The position numbers were made by a program, and so were the translations under genes. DNA of 64,000 nucleotides from assembly GCF_900766055.1 (NCBI RefSeq), contig NZ_CAAFTZ010000002.1; one strand, given 5' to 3'. Shown piece by piece: positions 9,771-20,920 of this stretch. The DNA is from an uncultured Parasutterella sp. (GTDB taxonomy: Bacteria; Pseudomonadota; Gammaproteobacteria; Burkholderiales; Burkholderiaceae_F). How positions within the stretch are numbered: the stretch's first letter is position 1; each line of letters starts with the position of its first letter. The notes beneath the pieces are model-generated. The model saw only the letters and a list, made by a program, of their open reading frames with translations. It was not told the DNA's origin and did no database searches.

Positions 9771-10375
9771 AGCAGTAATCCCAATTGTCATGTCTGTCAA
9801 ACAACAGACATAAGCATTCTGACAGTAAAATTTCTAGAAGTCAATAGATTGTTACGAAATTTAGAGAAGATGAAAATTCTTATAAATTAGCTAGTTAGCA
9901 AAAAATAAACTCAAAATGGGATTCTATAATTAGAGGGGTTGACGATAATGGTTGATAAATATTAAACAAAGATTAAATTTGGAATAGAGAGGATTTTTTA
10001 AGGATATATCCTTCTAGAAAGTTAAGGAGTTGTTTCAGACCGATGTTTTACTTTTTCCGAAAACGAACCTCATCAGCTTATGTAATGTGCTAACTTTTAT
10101 TCTATTCCGAGAGCGTCCAGCCAAGGGTGATTTTATAAATTTGAATTATTGATATTTAAATCACCCTGCGTGCTTAAGAAAAATAAGGTGCCGAAGCTTA
10201 ATTGAGGGGGGTTGGTTTGAAAGTGAACTGAGAATGGATGTGTCCTTAGAACTCATCTAAAGCAGAGAAGACTGACGTCGAGGTAATCTGACCAGATCGG
10301 ATGATCGGAAAACCGATGTCTTAGGATTCGTTCTAAACTTTTCAAATTCAAAGGATTCTTTAGGCAGACACCACC

Positions 10376-12430
10376 TTGAAAATCATCAGATTCCCCAATT
10401 CTCCGTTTGAACTGCATCAGCCATTTGAGGCGGCCGGAGATCAGCCTCAGGCAATCAAAGAACTCGTCGAAGGTATTGAGGACGGCCTGACGGCCCAGAC
10501 GCTGCTTGGCGTGACGGGCAGCGGCAAAACCTACACCATGGCGAACGTTATCGCCCGAACCGGGCTGCCGACGCTCATCATGGCGCCGAATAAAACCCTT
10601 GCCGCTCAGCTCTACGCGGAAATGAGGGACTTTTTCCCAAACAACGCGGTGGAGTATTTCGTCAGTTACTACGACTACTATCAGCCCGAAGCTTACGTCC
10701 CTCAGCGGGATCTGTTTATTGAAAAAGATTCTGCCATCAATGAACACATCGAGCAGATGCGTCTGTCGGCTTCAAAGAGCGTGCTCGAACGCCGTGATGT
10801 GATCATTGTCGCGACCGTGTCTGCCATCTACGGTATCGGTAAGCCGGAGTCCTATACCGAGATGCGTCTTATCCTGAAAGTCGGTGACAAGATTGAACAG
10901 CGCGACTTGATCTCGCACTTGGTCCGCATCCAGTACGAACGCAACGACATGGAATTTACGCGAGGTAAGTTCCGCGTCCGCGGTGACACGATTGACGTGT
11001 TTCCGGCCGAACACTCGGAAATGGCACTCCGTATCGAACTCTTCGATGACGAAATCGAAGCAATGTATTTCTTCGATCCGCTGACCGGTAAAACACGCCA
11101 GAAGGTAGACCGCTTCGCGATCTATCCGACGTCTAACTATGTCACGCCGAGAAACGATATTCTCCGAGCGATTGAAGCTATCAAGGATGAGCTCAGAGAC
11201 CAGGAGGCAAAATTCATCGAGAGCGGCAGGCTGCTTGAGGCGCAGCGCATCCGCGAAAGAACGCTCTTTGACTTAGAAATGCTCCACGAAGTGGGCTTCT
11301 GCAAAGGCATTGAGAACTACAGCCGCCACTTGGCCGGTGGTCTGCCCGGAGAGCCGCCTCCTACCTTGATCGACTATCTGCCGAAAGATGCGCTGATGTT
11401 CTTCGACGAATCTCACGTTCTGTTAGGTCAGATCGGCGGTATGTACCGCGGCGACAGTGCCAGAAAAGAAACCCTCGTCACCTACGGCTTCCGTCTTCCG
11501 AGCGCTAAAGACAATCGTCCGCTTCGTTTTGACGAATTCGAAAGCAAGATGCGCCGAGCGATCTTTGTCTCGGCCACTCCTGCAGACTACGAGCTGAATC
11601 ATTCTTCTCAGATCGTGGAGCAGGTGGTGCGCCCGACCGGCCTCGTGGACCCGGAAGTAGAAGTACGCCCGGCTACGACCCAGGTTGACGATGTGCTCGG
11701 CGAAATCAAAGAAAGAATTCCGAAGGGCCAGCGCATTCTGATTACAACGCTGACCAAGCGCATGGCAGAAGACTTAACCGACTTCCTGCAGGACAACGAT
11801 ATCAAGGTTCGTTACCTGCACTCGGACATCGATACGGTGGAACGCGTAGAAATTATTCGAGACCTTCGTGCCGGTGTCTTCGATGTTCTGATCGGCATTA
11901 ACTTACTGAGAGAAGGCTTGGATATTCCGGAAGTGGCACTGGTCGCGATCTTAGATGCTGATAAGGAAGGCTTCCTGCGAAGCGAACGTTCTCTCATTCA
12001 GACGATCGGCCGTGCCGCGCGAAACGTTGAAGGCAAAGCCATTCTATACGCTGATACGATTACGGACTCCATGCGCCGAGCGATGGACGAAACGGCTCGA
12101 CGCAGAGAAAAGCAGACTGCTTACAACGTGGCGCATAACATCACGCCGAAGAGCGTCAAGAAAGAAATCCGTGACATTATTGACGGTGTCTACAAGAGCG
12201 ATAACCTCGAAAATGAATTCGGACTGGTGGACGGTCAGGATTACGAAAAAATGGGTCCGAAGGAACTGGCACGCGAAATCAAACGGCTCGAAAACGAAAT
12301 GTTTGAGCATGCTAAGAATCTCGAATTCGAAAAAGCCTCGGAAGTCCGTGATAAATTGGCTTCAATTCGTAAACAAGTTTTCGGCGCAACGCCCGGAAAA
12401 GATGAGGAAGGCGCAAAAGAGAACGTATAG
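10376..12430 (+). CDS. uvrB: excinuclease ABC subunit B
   Basis: 684 aa, collinear with E. coli UvrB (GDQPx[10 protein letters not shown], helicase motifs, C-terminal UvrB/C interaction domain); apparent TTG start. Confidence 0.9.
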   Translation: MKIIRFPNSPFELHQPFEAAGDQPQAIKELVEGIEDGLTAQTLLGVTGSGKTYTMANVIARTGLPTLIMAPNKTLAAQLYAEMRDFFPNNAVEYFVSYYDYYQPEAYVPQRDLFIEKDSAINEHIEQMRLSASKSVLERRDVIIVATVSAIYGIGKPESYTEMRLILKVGDKIEQRDLISHLVRIQYERNDMEFTRGKFRVRGDTIDVFPAEHSEMALRIELFDDEIEAMYFFDPLTGKTRQKVDRFAIYPTSNYVTPRNDILRAIEAIKDELRDQEAKFIESGRLLEAQRIRERTLFDLEMLHEVGFCKGIENYSRHLAGGLPGEPPPTLIDYLPKDALMFFDESHVLLGQIGGMYRGDSARKETLVTYGFRLPSAKDNRPLRFDEFESKMRRAIFVSATPADYELNHSSQIVEQVVRPTGLVDPEVEVRPATTQVDDVLGEIKERIPKGQRILITTLTKRMAEDLTDFLQDNDIKVRYLHSDIDTVERVEIIRDLRAGVFDVLIGINLLREGLDIPEVALVAILDADKEGFLRSERSLIQTIGRAARNVEGKAILYADTITDSMRRAMDETARRREKQTAYNVAHNITPKSVKKEIRDIIDGVYKSDNLENEFGLVDGQDYEKMGPKELAREIKRLENEMFEHAKNLEFEKASEVRDKLASIRKQVFGATPGKDEEGAKENV

Positions 12431-12573
12431 GTGCTCATTTTGAGTTGAATTGTTAGTAATTACCCTATACATTTTTGCAAAAAGCGTTTGGGGCTCGTAA
12501 GCTATTGCAACCTGCCTGCGGTGTACGCGAGAGAGGTGTGATTAATTCGGCAATTAAGAAGAATGCAAAAAAC

Positions 12574-13071
12574 ATGGTAAAAGTTTTATTTGTGTGCATG
12601 GGGAACATTTGTCGTTCCCCTACGGCTGAAGCAGTTTTTAAGAAAATGGTGAAGGAAGCCGGACTGACTGACAAAGTAATCGTGGATTCTGCCGGTACAC
12701 ATGGTTATCACGTCGGAGAGGCGCCGGACGTGCGCGCTCAGATTGCAGGCCGTAAGCGCGGATATGACTTATCCGAACTTAGGGCTCGTCAGATTACATC
12801 CGACGACTTTAGAGAGTGCGACTTCATTTTGGCGATGGACTGGGAAAATCTGACCGCCATGCAGCAGATCTGCCCTCCGATGTACAAACACAAGCTGGCG
12901 CTCCTGATGCGCTACGCAACCGAATATGACACAGCCGTGGTGCCTGATCCGTATTACGGCGGCAACGAAGGCTTCAACACGGTGCTTGATTACTGTGAGG
13001 ACGCCTGCGAAGGCCTGCTTGAAGTTGTTAAGAAACGCGCTTCCGTCTACATTCCCGGCTCAGCTTTGTAG
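12574..13071 (+). CDS. ptp: low-molecular-weight protein-tyrosine phosphatase
   Basis: MVKVLFVCMGNICRSP P-loop (CX5R) and DPYYG motif; the ORF track start at 12475 is an upstream extension. Confidence 0.75.
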   Translation: MVKVLFVCMGNICRSPTAEAVFKKMVKEAGLTDKVIVDSAGTHGYHVGEAPDVRAQIAGRKRGYDLSELRARQITSDDFRECDFILAMDWENLTAMQQICPPMYKHKLALLMRYATEYDTAVVPDPYYGGNEGFNTVLDYCEDACEGLLEVVKKRASVYIPGSAL

Positions 13072-13096
13072 CCGCTGAAAATTCATTTTCCTTCTT

Positions 13097-13118
13097 AGCC
13101 CTCTTTGGAGGGCTTTTT
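13097..13118 (+). terminator. rho-independent terminator after ptp
   Basis: stem AGCCCTC/GAGGGCT, loop TTTG, then TTTTT. Confidence 0.6.
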
Positions 13119-13120
13119 CA

Positions 13121-13182
13121 ATTCCGACTATTGCGCTCGGAAATAAAACGGTCTATTATTTCCGACTAAATGAATCGGAATA
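13121..13182 (+). promoter_or_regulatory. two IscR type-1-like boxes in the iscR promoter region
   Basis: ATTCCGACTATTGCGCTCGGAAAT and TTTCCGACTAAATGAATCGGAATAAA, each a CCGA...TCGG inverted repeat resembling the IscR type-1 consensus. Confidence 0.5.
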
Positions 13183-13185
13183 AAG

Positions 13186-13641
13186 ATGAAACTCACTACT
13201 AAAGGCCGTTTTGCCGTTACCGCAATGCTTGATATTGCTCTCCATGACCCGGAAGAGTACGTATCCATCGCTGCGATCGGGGACAGACGTCATCTTTCAA
13301 GTGCCTATCTTGAGCAGATCTTCGGAAAGCTGCGCAGGGCTGGTCTCCTTGAAGGTGTGCGCGGCCCTGCCGGTGGATACCGTTTGGCCAAACCTGCAGA
13401 TCAGATCACGGTGATCGATATTTTGGAAGCCGTGGACGACCCGCTCGAGAAAGCCAGCTGCGATAAAAACAGAGCCGTCTGCGACGGAGAAGGTGAGTGC
13501 ATCACATTCGATCTTTGGGAAAGCCTCAACGAGGAAATCCGTAAGTTCCTGAAAGGGATCTCGCTGAAAAACCTGGCTGACAAGAAAAAGCTCAAAGATC
13601 AGGGCTTAAGCCCCGTATCCATTATCAAACCGAAGGTTTAA
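13186..13641 (+). CDS. iscR: Fe-S cluster assembly transcriptional regulator IscR (Rrf2 family)
   Basis: Rrf2 HTH N-terminus; C-x6-C-x5-C cluster-ligand spacing ([14 protein letters not shown]); first gene of the isc operon. Confidence 0.85.
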   Translation: MKLTTKGRFAVTAMLDIALHDPEEYVSIAAIGDRRHLSSAYLEQIFGKLRRAGLLEGVRGPAGGYRLAKPADQITVIDILEAVDDPLEKASCDKNRAVCDGEGECITFDLWESLNEEIRKFLKGISLKNLADKKKLKDQGLSPVSIIKPKV

Positions 13642-13676
13642 TAAATCCCCAATTTATCTCTTCATTGGAGCTAATC

Positions 13677-14885
13677 ATGAAGTTCCCTATTTACCTTGAT
13701 TATTCTGCGACTACGCCTGTGGATCCTCGTGTCGTCGATAAGATGATTCCTTTCCTCTACGAGAATTTCGGCAACGCCGCCAGTACGAGCCACGAATACG
13801 GCTGGAAGGCTAAAGAAGCTGTTGAAAACGCTCGTGCCGAAGTTGCAGCTTTGATCAATGCCGATCCGAAAGAAATCGTCTGGACCAGCGGCGCTACCGA
13901 AAGCGACAACCTTGCGATCAAAGGTGCAGCTCGTTTCCATAAGGACAAAGGCAAGCATTTAATCACGGTAAAGACCGAACACAAAGCCGTGCTGGACTCC
14001 ATGCGAGAACTTGAACGCGAAGGCTTTGAAGTGACATACATGGACGTCGGCAAGGACGGCCTTTTGGACCTCGACGCTTTGGCCAAAGCCATGGGTCCGG
14101 ATACTACCTTGGTTTCCGTGATGGCCGTCAACAATGAAATCGGCGTCATTCAAGACATCGAAAAAATCGGTGAAATGTGCCGTGAACGCGGAATCCTGTT
14201 CCACGTCGACGCCACTCAGGCCGCCGGCAAGATCCCTCTGGATATGGAAAAACTCAAGGTTGATCTGATGAGCCTTTCCGCCCACAAGTTATACGGACCG
14301 AAGGGAATGGGCGCTCTTTATGTTCGCCGCAAACCGCGTGCTCGTATTGAAGCCATCATTCATGGCGGCGGTCACGAAAGAGGCATGCGCTCAGGCACAC
14401 TCGCCACACACCAGATCGTCGGTATGGGCGAAGCCTACAGACTGTGCCGCCTAGAAATGGACGAAGAAATGAAACGTATCGGCGCTCTTCGCGACAGACT
14501 TTGGAAAGGCTTGAGCGAAATCGAAGCCGTTCATGTTAACGGAAGCATGGAACACAGAGCACCTTTCAACCTCAACGTCAGCTTCGCGTTTGTTGAAGGT
14601 GAAGCCCTCATGGCCAGCTGCCCTGAAATCGCAGTTTCCTCCGGTTCTGCCTGTACCTCAGCCAGCTTGGAACCATCCTACGTTCTGCGTGCCCTCGGTA
14701 TTGATGACGAACTCGCTCACAGCTCCATCCGCTTCAGCTTAGGCCGCTTCACGACGGAAGAAGAGATTGACTACACCGTCAAGCTCATCAAAGAAAAGGT
14801 TGCACAGCTTCGTGAAATGTCCCCGCTTTGGGAAATGTACAAGGAAGGCGTGGACATGAAACAAGTTAAATGGACAGAACACTAA
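13677..14885 (+). CDS. iscS: cysteine desulfurase IscS
   Basis: [20 protein letters not shown]-terminus, PLP-lysine motif [12 protein letters not shown], active-site SSGSACTS. Confidence 0.9.
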   Translation: MKFPIYLDYSATTPVDPRVVDKMIPFLYENFGNAASTSHEYGWKAKEAVENARAEVAALINADPKEIVWTSGATESDNLAIKGAARFHKDKGKHLITVKTEHKAVLDSMRELEREGFEVTYMDVGKDGLLDLDALAKAMGPDTTLVSVMAVNNEIGVIQDIEKIGEMCRERGILFHVDATQAAGKIPLDMEKLKVDLMSLSAHKLYGPKGMGALYVRRKPRARIEAIIHGGGHERGMRSGTLATHQIVGMGEAYRLCRLEMDEEMKRIGALRDRLWKGLSEIEAVHVNGSMEHRAPFNLNVSFAFVEGEALMASCPEIAVSSGSACTSASLEPSYVLRALGIDDELAHSSIRFSLGRFTTEEEIDYTVKLIKEKVAQLREMSPLWEMYKEGVDMKQVKWTEH

Positions 14886-14900
14886 TAAGGAAAGAAAAGA

Positions 14901-15296
14901 ATGCAATACAGCGATAAAGTGATGGATCATTTCCAGCACCCCAGAAATGTTGGCAGACTGGATAAAAACGATCCGAACGTCGGAACCGGTACACGCGGCG
15001 CCCCCGCCTGCGGCGACGTTTTAAGCCTGCAGATCAAGGTCAACGACAACGGCGTGATCGAAGACGCTAAGTTCAAAACCTACGGCTGCACCAGCGCCAT
15101 CGCTTCCAGCTCTTTGGTCACCGAACTGATCAAGGGCAAGACCTTGGAGGAAGCCGAACAGCTCAAAAATACGGCAATTGCCGAAGAACTCGAGCTTCCT
15201 CCCGTCAAAATCCACTGTTCCATTCTTGCGGAAGACGCCATCAAGGCCGCAGTGGAAGACTATCGCCAGAAACAGGCTCAGATTAAGGATAAATAA
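14901..15296 (+). CDS. iscU: Fe-S scaffold protein IscU
   Basis: GAPACGDV and [19 protein letters not shown] motifs. Confidence 0.9.
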   Translation: MQYSDKVMDHFQHPRNVGRLDKNDPNVGTGTRGAPACGDVLSLQIKVNDNGVIEDAKFKTYGCTSAIASSSLVTELIKGKTLEEAEQLKNTAIAEELELPPVKIHCSILAEDAIKAAVEDYRQKQAQIKDK

Positions 15297-15619
15297 TGTC
15301 GGTTACATTGACAGAAAAAGCAGCTTCTCACGTTGAAGAATTCCTTCGCAAACGCGGCAAAGGCGTTGGCCTCAGAGTCGGTGTCAAAACCAGCGGCTGC
15401 TCCGGTATGGCTTACGCCTTAGAGTTCGCAGACAAAATTGAACCCGAAGATCAGGTGTACGAAAGCTACGGGATCAAAGTAATTGTTGATCCCAAGAGCC
15501 TGCCTTATATCAACGGAACCGAATTGGACTTTGTCCGTGAAGGTCTCAATACCGGATTCAAATTCAAGAACCCGAACGAGAAAGAAAGCTGCGGCTGCGG
15601 CAAGTCTTTCCATGTCTAA
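15296..15619 (+). CDS. iscA: iron-binding A-type carrier IscA
   Basis: 107 aa, C-terminal CGCGxSF motif; TAATG overlap with iscU. Confidence 0.85.
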   Translation: MSVTLTEKAASHVEEFLRKRGKGVGLRVGVKTSGCSGMAYALEFADKIEPEDQVYESYGIKVIVDPKSLPYINGTELDFVREGLNTGFKFKNPNEKESCGCGKSFHV

Positions 15620-15635
15620 CTGAAACGGAGGCACT

Positions 15636-16136
15636 ATGGCGGCGATGAATCCTTTTGAAATTTTCGGTTTGAAACCACAGTTCAGAATCGATAAACAAAA
15701 GTTGGATGAAAAGTATTTTGAAATTCAAAAAAAGGTTCATCCCGACCGTTTTGCTTCGGCAAGCGATACTGAAAAGCGCGTTGCTCAGCAGTGGGCAACG
15801 GTGATTAATGACGCTTTTCAGAAGCTCAGCGATCCGATCCAGCGAGGTAAAGCCCTTTGCGCGCTGCGAGGACACCCCGTTGACGAAGACAGCAGCGGTT
15901 CGATTTCTGAAGAGTTTCTTCTTGAGCAGCTGGAACGCCGAGAGGCGATCTCAGATGCAAAGAATTCCGGGAATACGGCTGAGCTGGAAGTGCTGAAGAA
16001 AGCGATTGAAAAAGAAAAGGACGAGCTGCTCAACGAGGTGACAGACGCGTTCGATGTGAAATCTGATGTCTTGCTGGCGGCGGAGGATTTGAAAAAGGTC
16101 ATGTTTTTAAATCGCCAGCTACTGGATTTTGAATAA
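15636..16136 (+). CDS. hscB: co-chaperone HscB (J-domain)
   Basis: 166 aa, J-domain-like N-terminus with HPD motif, isc operon position; SD GGAGG. Confidence 0.8.
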   Translation: MAAMNPFEIFGLKPQFRIDKQKLDEKYFEIQKKVHPDRFASASDTEKRVAQQWATVINDAFQKLSDPIQRGKALCALRGHPVDEDSSGSISEEFLLEQLERREAISDAKNSGNTAELEVLKKAIEKEKDELLNEVTDAFDVKSDVLLAAEDLKKVMFLNRQLLDFE

Positions 16137-17995
16137 TGTCACTTCTGCAAATTGCCGAACCGGGAATGTCGACAGCACCGCATGAAGAGCGGTTTGCTGT
16201 CGGTATTGATTTGGGCACCACGAATTCATTGGCGGCTACCGTTAGAAACGGTTCTCCCGAAGTTCTCGTTGACGAAAAGAATCAGAAACTGCTTCCTTCT
16301 GTTGTCCACTACGAAAAGAATGGAGGCGTGCTTGTTGGTGAAGAAGCCCGTTCACGTGCAGAAGCAGATCCGCTCAACACGATCTCAAGTGTCAAGCGTT
16401 TGATGGGCCGAAGCGCTTCTGAGCTGCAGAATAACCGCTACATGCCCTATGACTTCATCAAAGGCGAGGGTATGGTGAAGCTCAACACGGCACAAGGCGC
16501 GAAGAGTCCGGTTGAAGTATCAGCAGAAATCTTAAAAGTCCTCAAAAAACGCGCCGAAGACGCCTTAGGCGGCGAACTTGTCGGCGCTGTCGTGACGGTA
16601 CCGGCTTACTTTGATGACGCTCAGCGTCAGGCGACTAAAGACGCCGCTAAGCTTGCTGGTCTGAATGTTCTTCGTCTTTTGAGCGAGCCGACGGCGGCCG
16701 CTTTGGCTTACGGCCTCGATACCGGCGCCGAAGGTCTTTACATCGTTTATGACTTGGGCGGCGGCACGTTTGACATCTCCGTCCTCCGTCTGCGCAAAGG
16801 CGTTTTTGAGGTGCTCGCCACCGGCGGCAACAGCCAGTTAGGCGGCGATGATTTTGACCAGCGTCTCTACTGCTGGGTCATTGATCAGGCAGGTCGTCCG
16901 CTGCTGACGCATTCCGACAGCCGCATGCTGATGGCAAAAGCCAAGGCAGCCAAAGAAACGCTGACGACGGAAAAGAAAGCAACGATTCACGCCAAGATTT
17001 CCGGCGACAGAATCATCAATGTCACGATTACGCGCGAAGTCTTTGATTCGATCACGCACCACTTAGTAGCAAGAACCATCGAAGCCACGAAACAGACATT
17101 AAAGGACGCAGGTCTCAAACGCGATGAAGTAAAAGGTGTCGTGCTTGTCGGCGGCTCAACGCGCATGCCCTGCATCCGCAAGGCAGTGGCCGATTATTTT
17201 GACCGCGAACCGCTTACCGATATTGACCCGGATGAAGTGGTGGCAATCGGCGCTGCGCTTCAGGCAAACCTGCTTGCCGGCAACCGCAGCGACGAAGACT
17301 GGCTGCTTCTTGACGTCACGCCGCTTTCCTTGGGTCTTGAAACCATGGGCGGTCTCGTTGAAAAAGTCATTCCCCGCAACACGCCGATTCCTGTAGCCAT
17401 GGCTCAGGACTTCACAACTTTCAAGGACGGTCAGACCGCGATGTCGATCCATGTTCTTCAGGGTGAACGTGACTTGGTAGAAGAGTGCCGTTCTTTGGCC
17501 AAATTCTCTTTGCGCGGCATTCCGCCCAAAGTTGCAGGAGCTGCACGTATTCGTGTGACGTTCCAGGTGGATGCTGACGGACTGTTGTCGGTCACGGCCC
17601 GCGAACAAACCACGGGCGTGGAAGCATCTGTCACGGTCAAACCTTCTTACGGTCTGTCGGAAGATGAAATCAGCCGCATGCTGAAAGATTCCTTTGGTCA
17701 CGCCGAAGAAGATATGAAGCTTCGCGAATTACGCGAGCAGAAAGTTGAAGCCGCTCGCCTTTTGGAAAGCATTTACTCTGCACTGTCCTCGGACGCCGAC
17801 CTTCTCAATGAAGCCGAGCGCGCTCAGATCGACGCCAGGATTCAACATCTCGAGACAGTTCGCGCGCAAGATGACAAGGATGAATTAAAAAATTCGATTT
17901 CAGCGCTGTCCGAGGGAACGAAAGACTTTGCTGCACGTCGAATGAACCGTACGATCTTGGAAGCACTCCAAGGCAAATCTGTTGACGAGGTTTAA
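16136..17995 (+). CDS. hscA: Fe-S cluster chaperone HscA (Hsp70 family)
   Basis: [10 protein letters not shown]...[10 protein letters not shown]-terminus collinear with E. coli HscA. Confidence 0.9.
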   Translation: MSLLQIAEPGMSTAPHEERFAVGIDLGTTNSLAATVRNGSPEVLVDEKNQKLLPSVVHYEKNGGVLVGEEARSRAEADPLNTISSVKRLMGRSASELQNNRYMPYDFIKGEGMVKLNTAQGAKSPVEVSAEILKVLKKRAEDALGGELVGAVVTVPAYFDDAQRQATKDAAKLAGLNVLRLLSEPTAAALAYGLDTGAEGLYIVYDLGGGTFDISVLRLRKGVFEVLATGGNSQLGGDDFDQRLYCWVIDQAGRPLLTHSDSRMLMAKAKAAKETLTTEKKATIHAKISGDRIINVTITREVFDSITHHLVARTIEATKQTLKDAGLKRDEVKGVVLVGGSTRMPCIRKAVADYFDREPLTDIDPDEVVAIGAALQANLLAGNRSDEDWLLLDVTPLSLGLETMGGLVEKVIPRNTPIPVAMAQDFTTFKDGQTAMSIHVLQGERDLVEECRSLAKFSLRGIPPKVAGAARIRVTFQVDADGLLSVTAREQTTGVEASVTVKPSYGLSEDEISRMLKDSFGHAEEDMKLRELREQKVEAARLLESIYSALSSDADLLNEAERAQIDARIQHLETVRAQDDKDELKNSISALSEGTKDFAARRMNRTILEALQGKSVDEV

Positions 17996-17997
17996 AA

Positions 17998-18336
17998 ATG
18001 CCGAAAGTAACCGTTTTACCGCATCCCGGAATCTGTCCGAACGGGGCTGAGTTTGAAGTCCCCGAAGGTGCAAACTTAGCTAAAGCTTTGGTCGCAAACG
18101 GCGTCAATATTGACCACGCCTGCGAGTTCTCCTGCGCCTGCACGACTTGCCACTGCTACATTGACAAGGGCTTTGATTCTTTGGAACCGGCAGAAGACGA
18201 TGAAGAAGATCTGCTTGACCAGGCTTGGGGTCTGAAATCGAACTCACGCCTGACTTGCCAGACAAAAGTCGGCAAAGAAGACATTACCGTTGAAATTCCG
18301 AAATACTCCCGTAATCACGCCAGAGAGAACGAGTAA
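17998..18336 (+). CDS. fdx: [2Fe-2S] ferredoxin Fdx (isc type)
   Basis: 112 aa, CxxxxxC..C...C adrenodoxin-type cysteines. Confidence 0.85.
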   Translation: MPKVTVLPHPGICPNGAEFEVPEGANLAKALVANGVNIDHACEFSCACTTCHCYIDKGFDSLEPAEDDEEDLLDQAWGLKSNSRLTCQTKVGKEDITVEIPKYSRNHARENE

Positions 18337-18536
18337 TGAAGCTGACTTGGAAGGATCCGCGTGCGATTGCGGAAGAGCTGTATGGCGAAAATCCGGACTT
18401 AGATCCGCTGACGATCAGCTTTGAGAAGATGCATGCAATGATCGTCGCGCTTCCGGATTTTGATGATGATCCGGAAGCAAGCAACGAAAAAATACTGGAA
18501 GCCATCCTGGTCGCTTGGATGGACGAAAGAGATTAG
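18336..18536 (+). CDS. iscX: IscX (YfhJ) Fe-S assembly accessory protein
   Basis: 66-aa acidic protein [24 protein letters not shown], last gene of the isc operon. Confidence 0.8.
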   Translation: MKLTWKDPRAIAEELYGENPDLDPLTISFEKMHAMIVALPDFDDDPEASNEKILEAILVAWMDERD

Positions 18537-18539
18537 TGT

Positions 18540-19379
18540 TTAGACGGCCGGCTGATCCAAAAGATCAAGCAGGCCTTCCTGCCAGGCTAAGCCGGCTAAA
18601 ACAGCAAGGGACGATTCGAATGTGAATCGTCCTTTTTCTATGCGCTCAATAATCGCTTCGGGTTCTAAGAGTTCAAAGCACTCGACCTCGCCGTCCATGT
18701 TGTGAGGATGGAAAGAGTCTTCAACATAAGCATTGCAGATGTAAGCGATTTCTCGCATCCAGCCTTCATGAACAGGACGCGAAATGATATTGCGCGCGCT
18801 AAAAGAGATTTCAAGGGAACCCGGTGTCACACCGGCTTCTTCAAATGCTTCGCGTTCCATGGCAAGTCCGAAAGGCTCGCCTGCTCCGACTAGACCTGCA
18901 GCACAGTTATCCCAATAACCAGGGCCGATCGCTTTCTTGAAAGAACGCTGAGCCACCCACATCCTGCCGTCACGCGTGAACGGATTCAGGTGAACGGCAA
19001 AGGTATTAAAGGCGAAGGGACGGCACATTGCACGCTCAATAACGATCAAAGGCGACTCGCAGGCAATGTCATCCGAAGCAGTAACGGAAAGCAGTTCATC
19101 TCGCCAGGCAAAGACTTTGTCCGCGCCTTTATAAAGGTGCGAAATCGCTGCCAGACGGCGCGAAGCCTGTCCGGAGTCTTCCGCGGTAAATACGAAAGTA
19201 TCCGGACGGATGTCACAGAAGCGAAAGGTACTCGCTAAAAACTCGGCATCAGTTCGTTCAATGTGCCCGGCTCGTACGTCGTTAAAGTAAAACGGAATAC
19301 GAGAGGAGGGCACGGGAACTTCGGCCATGCCGTAAAGCTCTTTTAACAGAGCGGCGATTTTCAGCTTCCTTTCGCTCAT
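18540..19379 (-). CDS. NUDIX hydrolase with N-terminal DUF4743-like domain
   Basis: NUDIX box GLVGAGEPFGLAMEREAFEEAGV; convergent with iscX with a 3-bp gap. Confidence 0.65.
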   Translation of the reverse strand: MSERKLKIAALLKELYGMAEVPVPSSRIPFYFNDVRAGHIERTDAEFLASTFRFCDIRPDTFVFTAEDSGQASRRLAAISHLYKGADKVFAWRDELLSVTASDDIACESPLIVIERAMCRPFAFNTFAVHLNPFTRDGRMWVAQRSFKKAIGPGYWDNCAAGLVGAGEPFGLAMEREAFEEAGVTPGSLEISFSARNIISRPVHEGWMREIAYICNAYVEDSFHPHNMDGEVECFELLEPEAIIERIEKGRFTFESSLAVLAGLAWQEGLLDLLDQPAV

Positions 19380-19384
19380 GATTC

Positions 19385-20920
19385 TTAGACCTCAGGACGC
19401 ATATGCGGGAAGAGCAGAACGTCACGGATGCTCGGAGAGTCGGTAAGCAGCATGACAAAGCGGTCTAAGCCCACGCCGCAGCCGCCTGTCGGAGGCAGAC
19501 CGTATTCCAGTGCGCGGACGTAGTCGGCGTCGTAGTACATGGCTTCATCATCGCCGCTGGCTTTCAGTTTTGCCTGAGCCATGAAGCGAGCAGCCTGGTC
19601 CTGCGGGTCGTTCAGCTCGGAGAAGCCGTTGGCGGTTTCGCGGCCGGCCATGAAGAGTTCGAAACGCTCGGTGATGCCGGGAACCTTGTCGGAGGCGCGA
19701 GCCAGCGGAGAAATCTCAACCGGGTAGTCAATGATGTAAGTCGGCTGAATGAGTTTGGATTCAGCAACGGCTTCAAACATGGCCATCTGCAGAGCGCCGA
19801 CGCCGGCGTCAGCCTTAGCAGGTTCACCCAGGCGCTTGAGTTCTTCCTGCATGAAGTCCTTGTCTTCGAGCTGCTCAGCGGTGTACTGAGGAGCGTACTT
19901 CAGAACGGCTTCCTTAGCAGTCAGGCGATCAAACGGTTTTGTGAGGTCGATGGTATGACCCTGATACTGAATGATAGCGGCACCGATAGTCTTTTCAGCG
20001 ACGGTGCGCAGAAGTTTTTCGGTGTAGTCCATGAGCCAGTGGTATTCCTTGTAGGCTGCATAGAACTCCATCATTGTGAATTCAGGGTTGTGGCGAACGT
20101 CAACGCCTTCGTTGCGGAAGGAGCGGTTGAGTTCAAAAACGCGTTCAAAGCCACCGACCACTAAGCGCTTCAGATAAAGTTCCGGAGCAATACGCAGATA
20201 CATATCCATGTCGAGCGCATTGTGGTGTGTGATGAACGGCTTAGCGTTCGCACCGCCGGGGATCGGATGGAGCATCGGAGTTTCCACTTCCATGAAGTGA
20301 TGTTCCATCATGAATTTACGGGTTTCGGCGATGGCCTTGGAACGGATCATGAAGGTGCGGCGTGTGCTTTCGTTCATGATCAGGTCAACATAGCGCTGAC
20401 GATAACGGGTTTCCGGATCGGAGAGACCGTGGAATTTGTCGGGAAGCGGACGAATGTTCTTGGTTAGCAGACGGAAGTTCTTAACGCGGACGGAAAGCTC
20501 TCCGGTTTTGGTGAAGAACAGTGTGCCTGTAGCGCCGACGATATCTCCGATATCAACCATTTTCTTGAAGAAGTCGTAAGTTTCATCGCCGACCTCAGCC
20601 TTGGTGATGAAGAACTGGATGTGATCGGTGCCGTCTTTAACGGTCAGGAAGCTGGCTTTGCCCATGACGCGCTTGAGCATGACGCGGCCGGCGACAGTGA
20701 CTTCGACCGGAGCAGCTTCAAGCTCTTCCGGAGTTTTGCTGCCGTTGGCAGCGCGCACTTCTTCAATGCGGTCTTTCTGAACGAAATCATTCGGATAAGC
20801 AACGCCTTCGGCTCTGAGTTTGTCGAGTTTGGCTAAGCGTTCGGCAATGATATGGTTCTCAGTCTCAAGAACGTCTTCTTTTTTGACGGTTTCTTTCTGG
20901 TTTTCCACTTTAGTCTCCAA
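19385..20920 (-). CDS. lysS: lysine--tRNA ligase (class II)
   Basis: 511 aa, collinear with E. coli LysS. Confidence 0.9.
   Translation of the reverse strand: METKVENQKETVKKEDVLETENHIIAERLAKLDKLRAEGVAYPNDFVQKDRIEEVRAANGSKTPEELEAAPVEVTVAGRVMLKRVMGKASFLTVKDGTDHIQFFITKAEVGDETYDFFKKMVDIGDIVGATGTLFFTKTGELSVRVKNFRLLTKNIRPLPDKFHGLSDPETRYRQRYVDLIMNESTRRTFMIRSKAIAETRKFMMEHHFMEVETPMLHPIPGGANAKPFITHHNALDMDMYLRIAPELYLKRLVVGGFERVFELNRSFRNEGVDVRHNPEFTMMEFYAAYKEYHWLMDYTEKLLRTVAEKTIGAAIIQYQGHTIDLTKPFDRLTAKEAVLKYAPQYTAEQLEDKDFMQEELKRLGEPAKADAGVGALQMAMFEAVAESKLIQPTYIIDYPVEISPLARASDKVPGITERFELFMAGRETANGFSELNDPQDQAARFMAQAKLKASGDDEAMYYDADYVRALEYGLPPTGGCGVGLDRFVMLLTDSPSIRDVLLFPHMRPEV

Noticed and set aside
9795-9810. 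possible LexA/SOS box for uvrB (CTGTCAAACAACAG)
   Set aside because: Spacing is CTGT-N6-ACAG, not the CTGT-N8-ACAG of proteobacterial LexA boxes, and it lies about 570 bp from uvrB. No canonical SOS box found by eye.
9649-9813. plus-strand 54-aa ORF with perfect SD inside the speF upstream region
   Set aside because: Kept only as an alternative. It overlaps the SpeFL-like ORF in antisense, and the SpeFL similarity and orientation toward speF favour the minus-strand reading. Not excluded without expression data.
12475-12573. upstream start for the LMW phosphatase ORF
   Set aside because: The family N-terminus MVKVLFVCMGNICRSP begins at ATG 12574; the extension has no homology.
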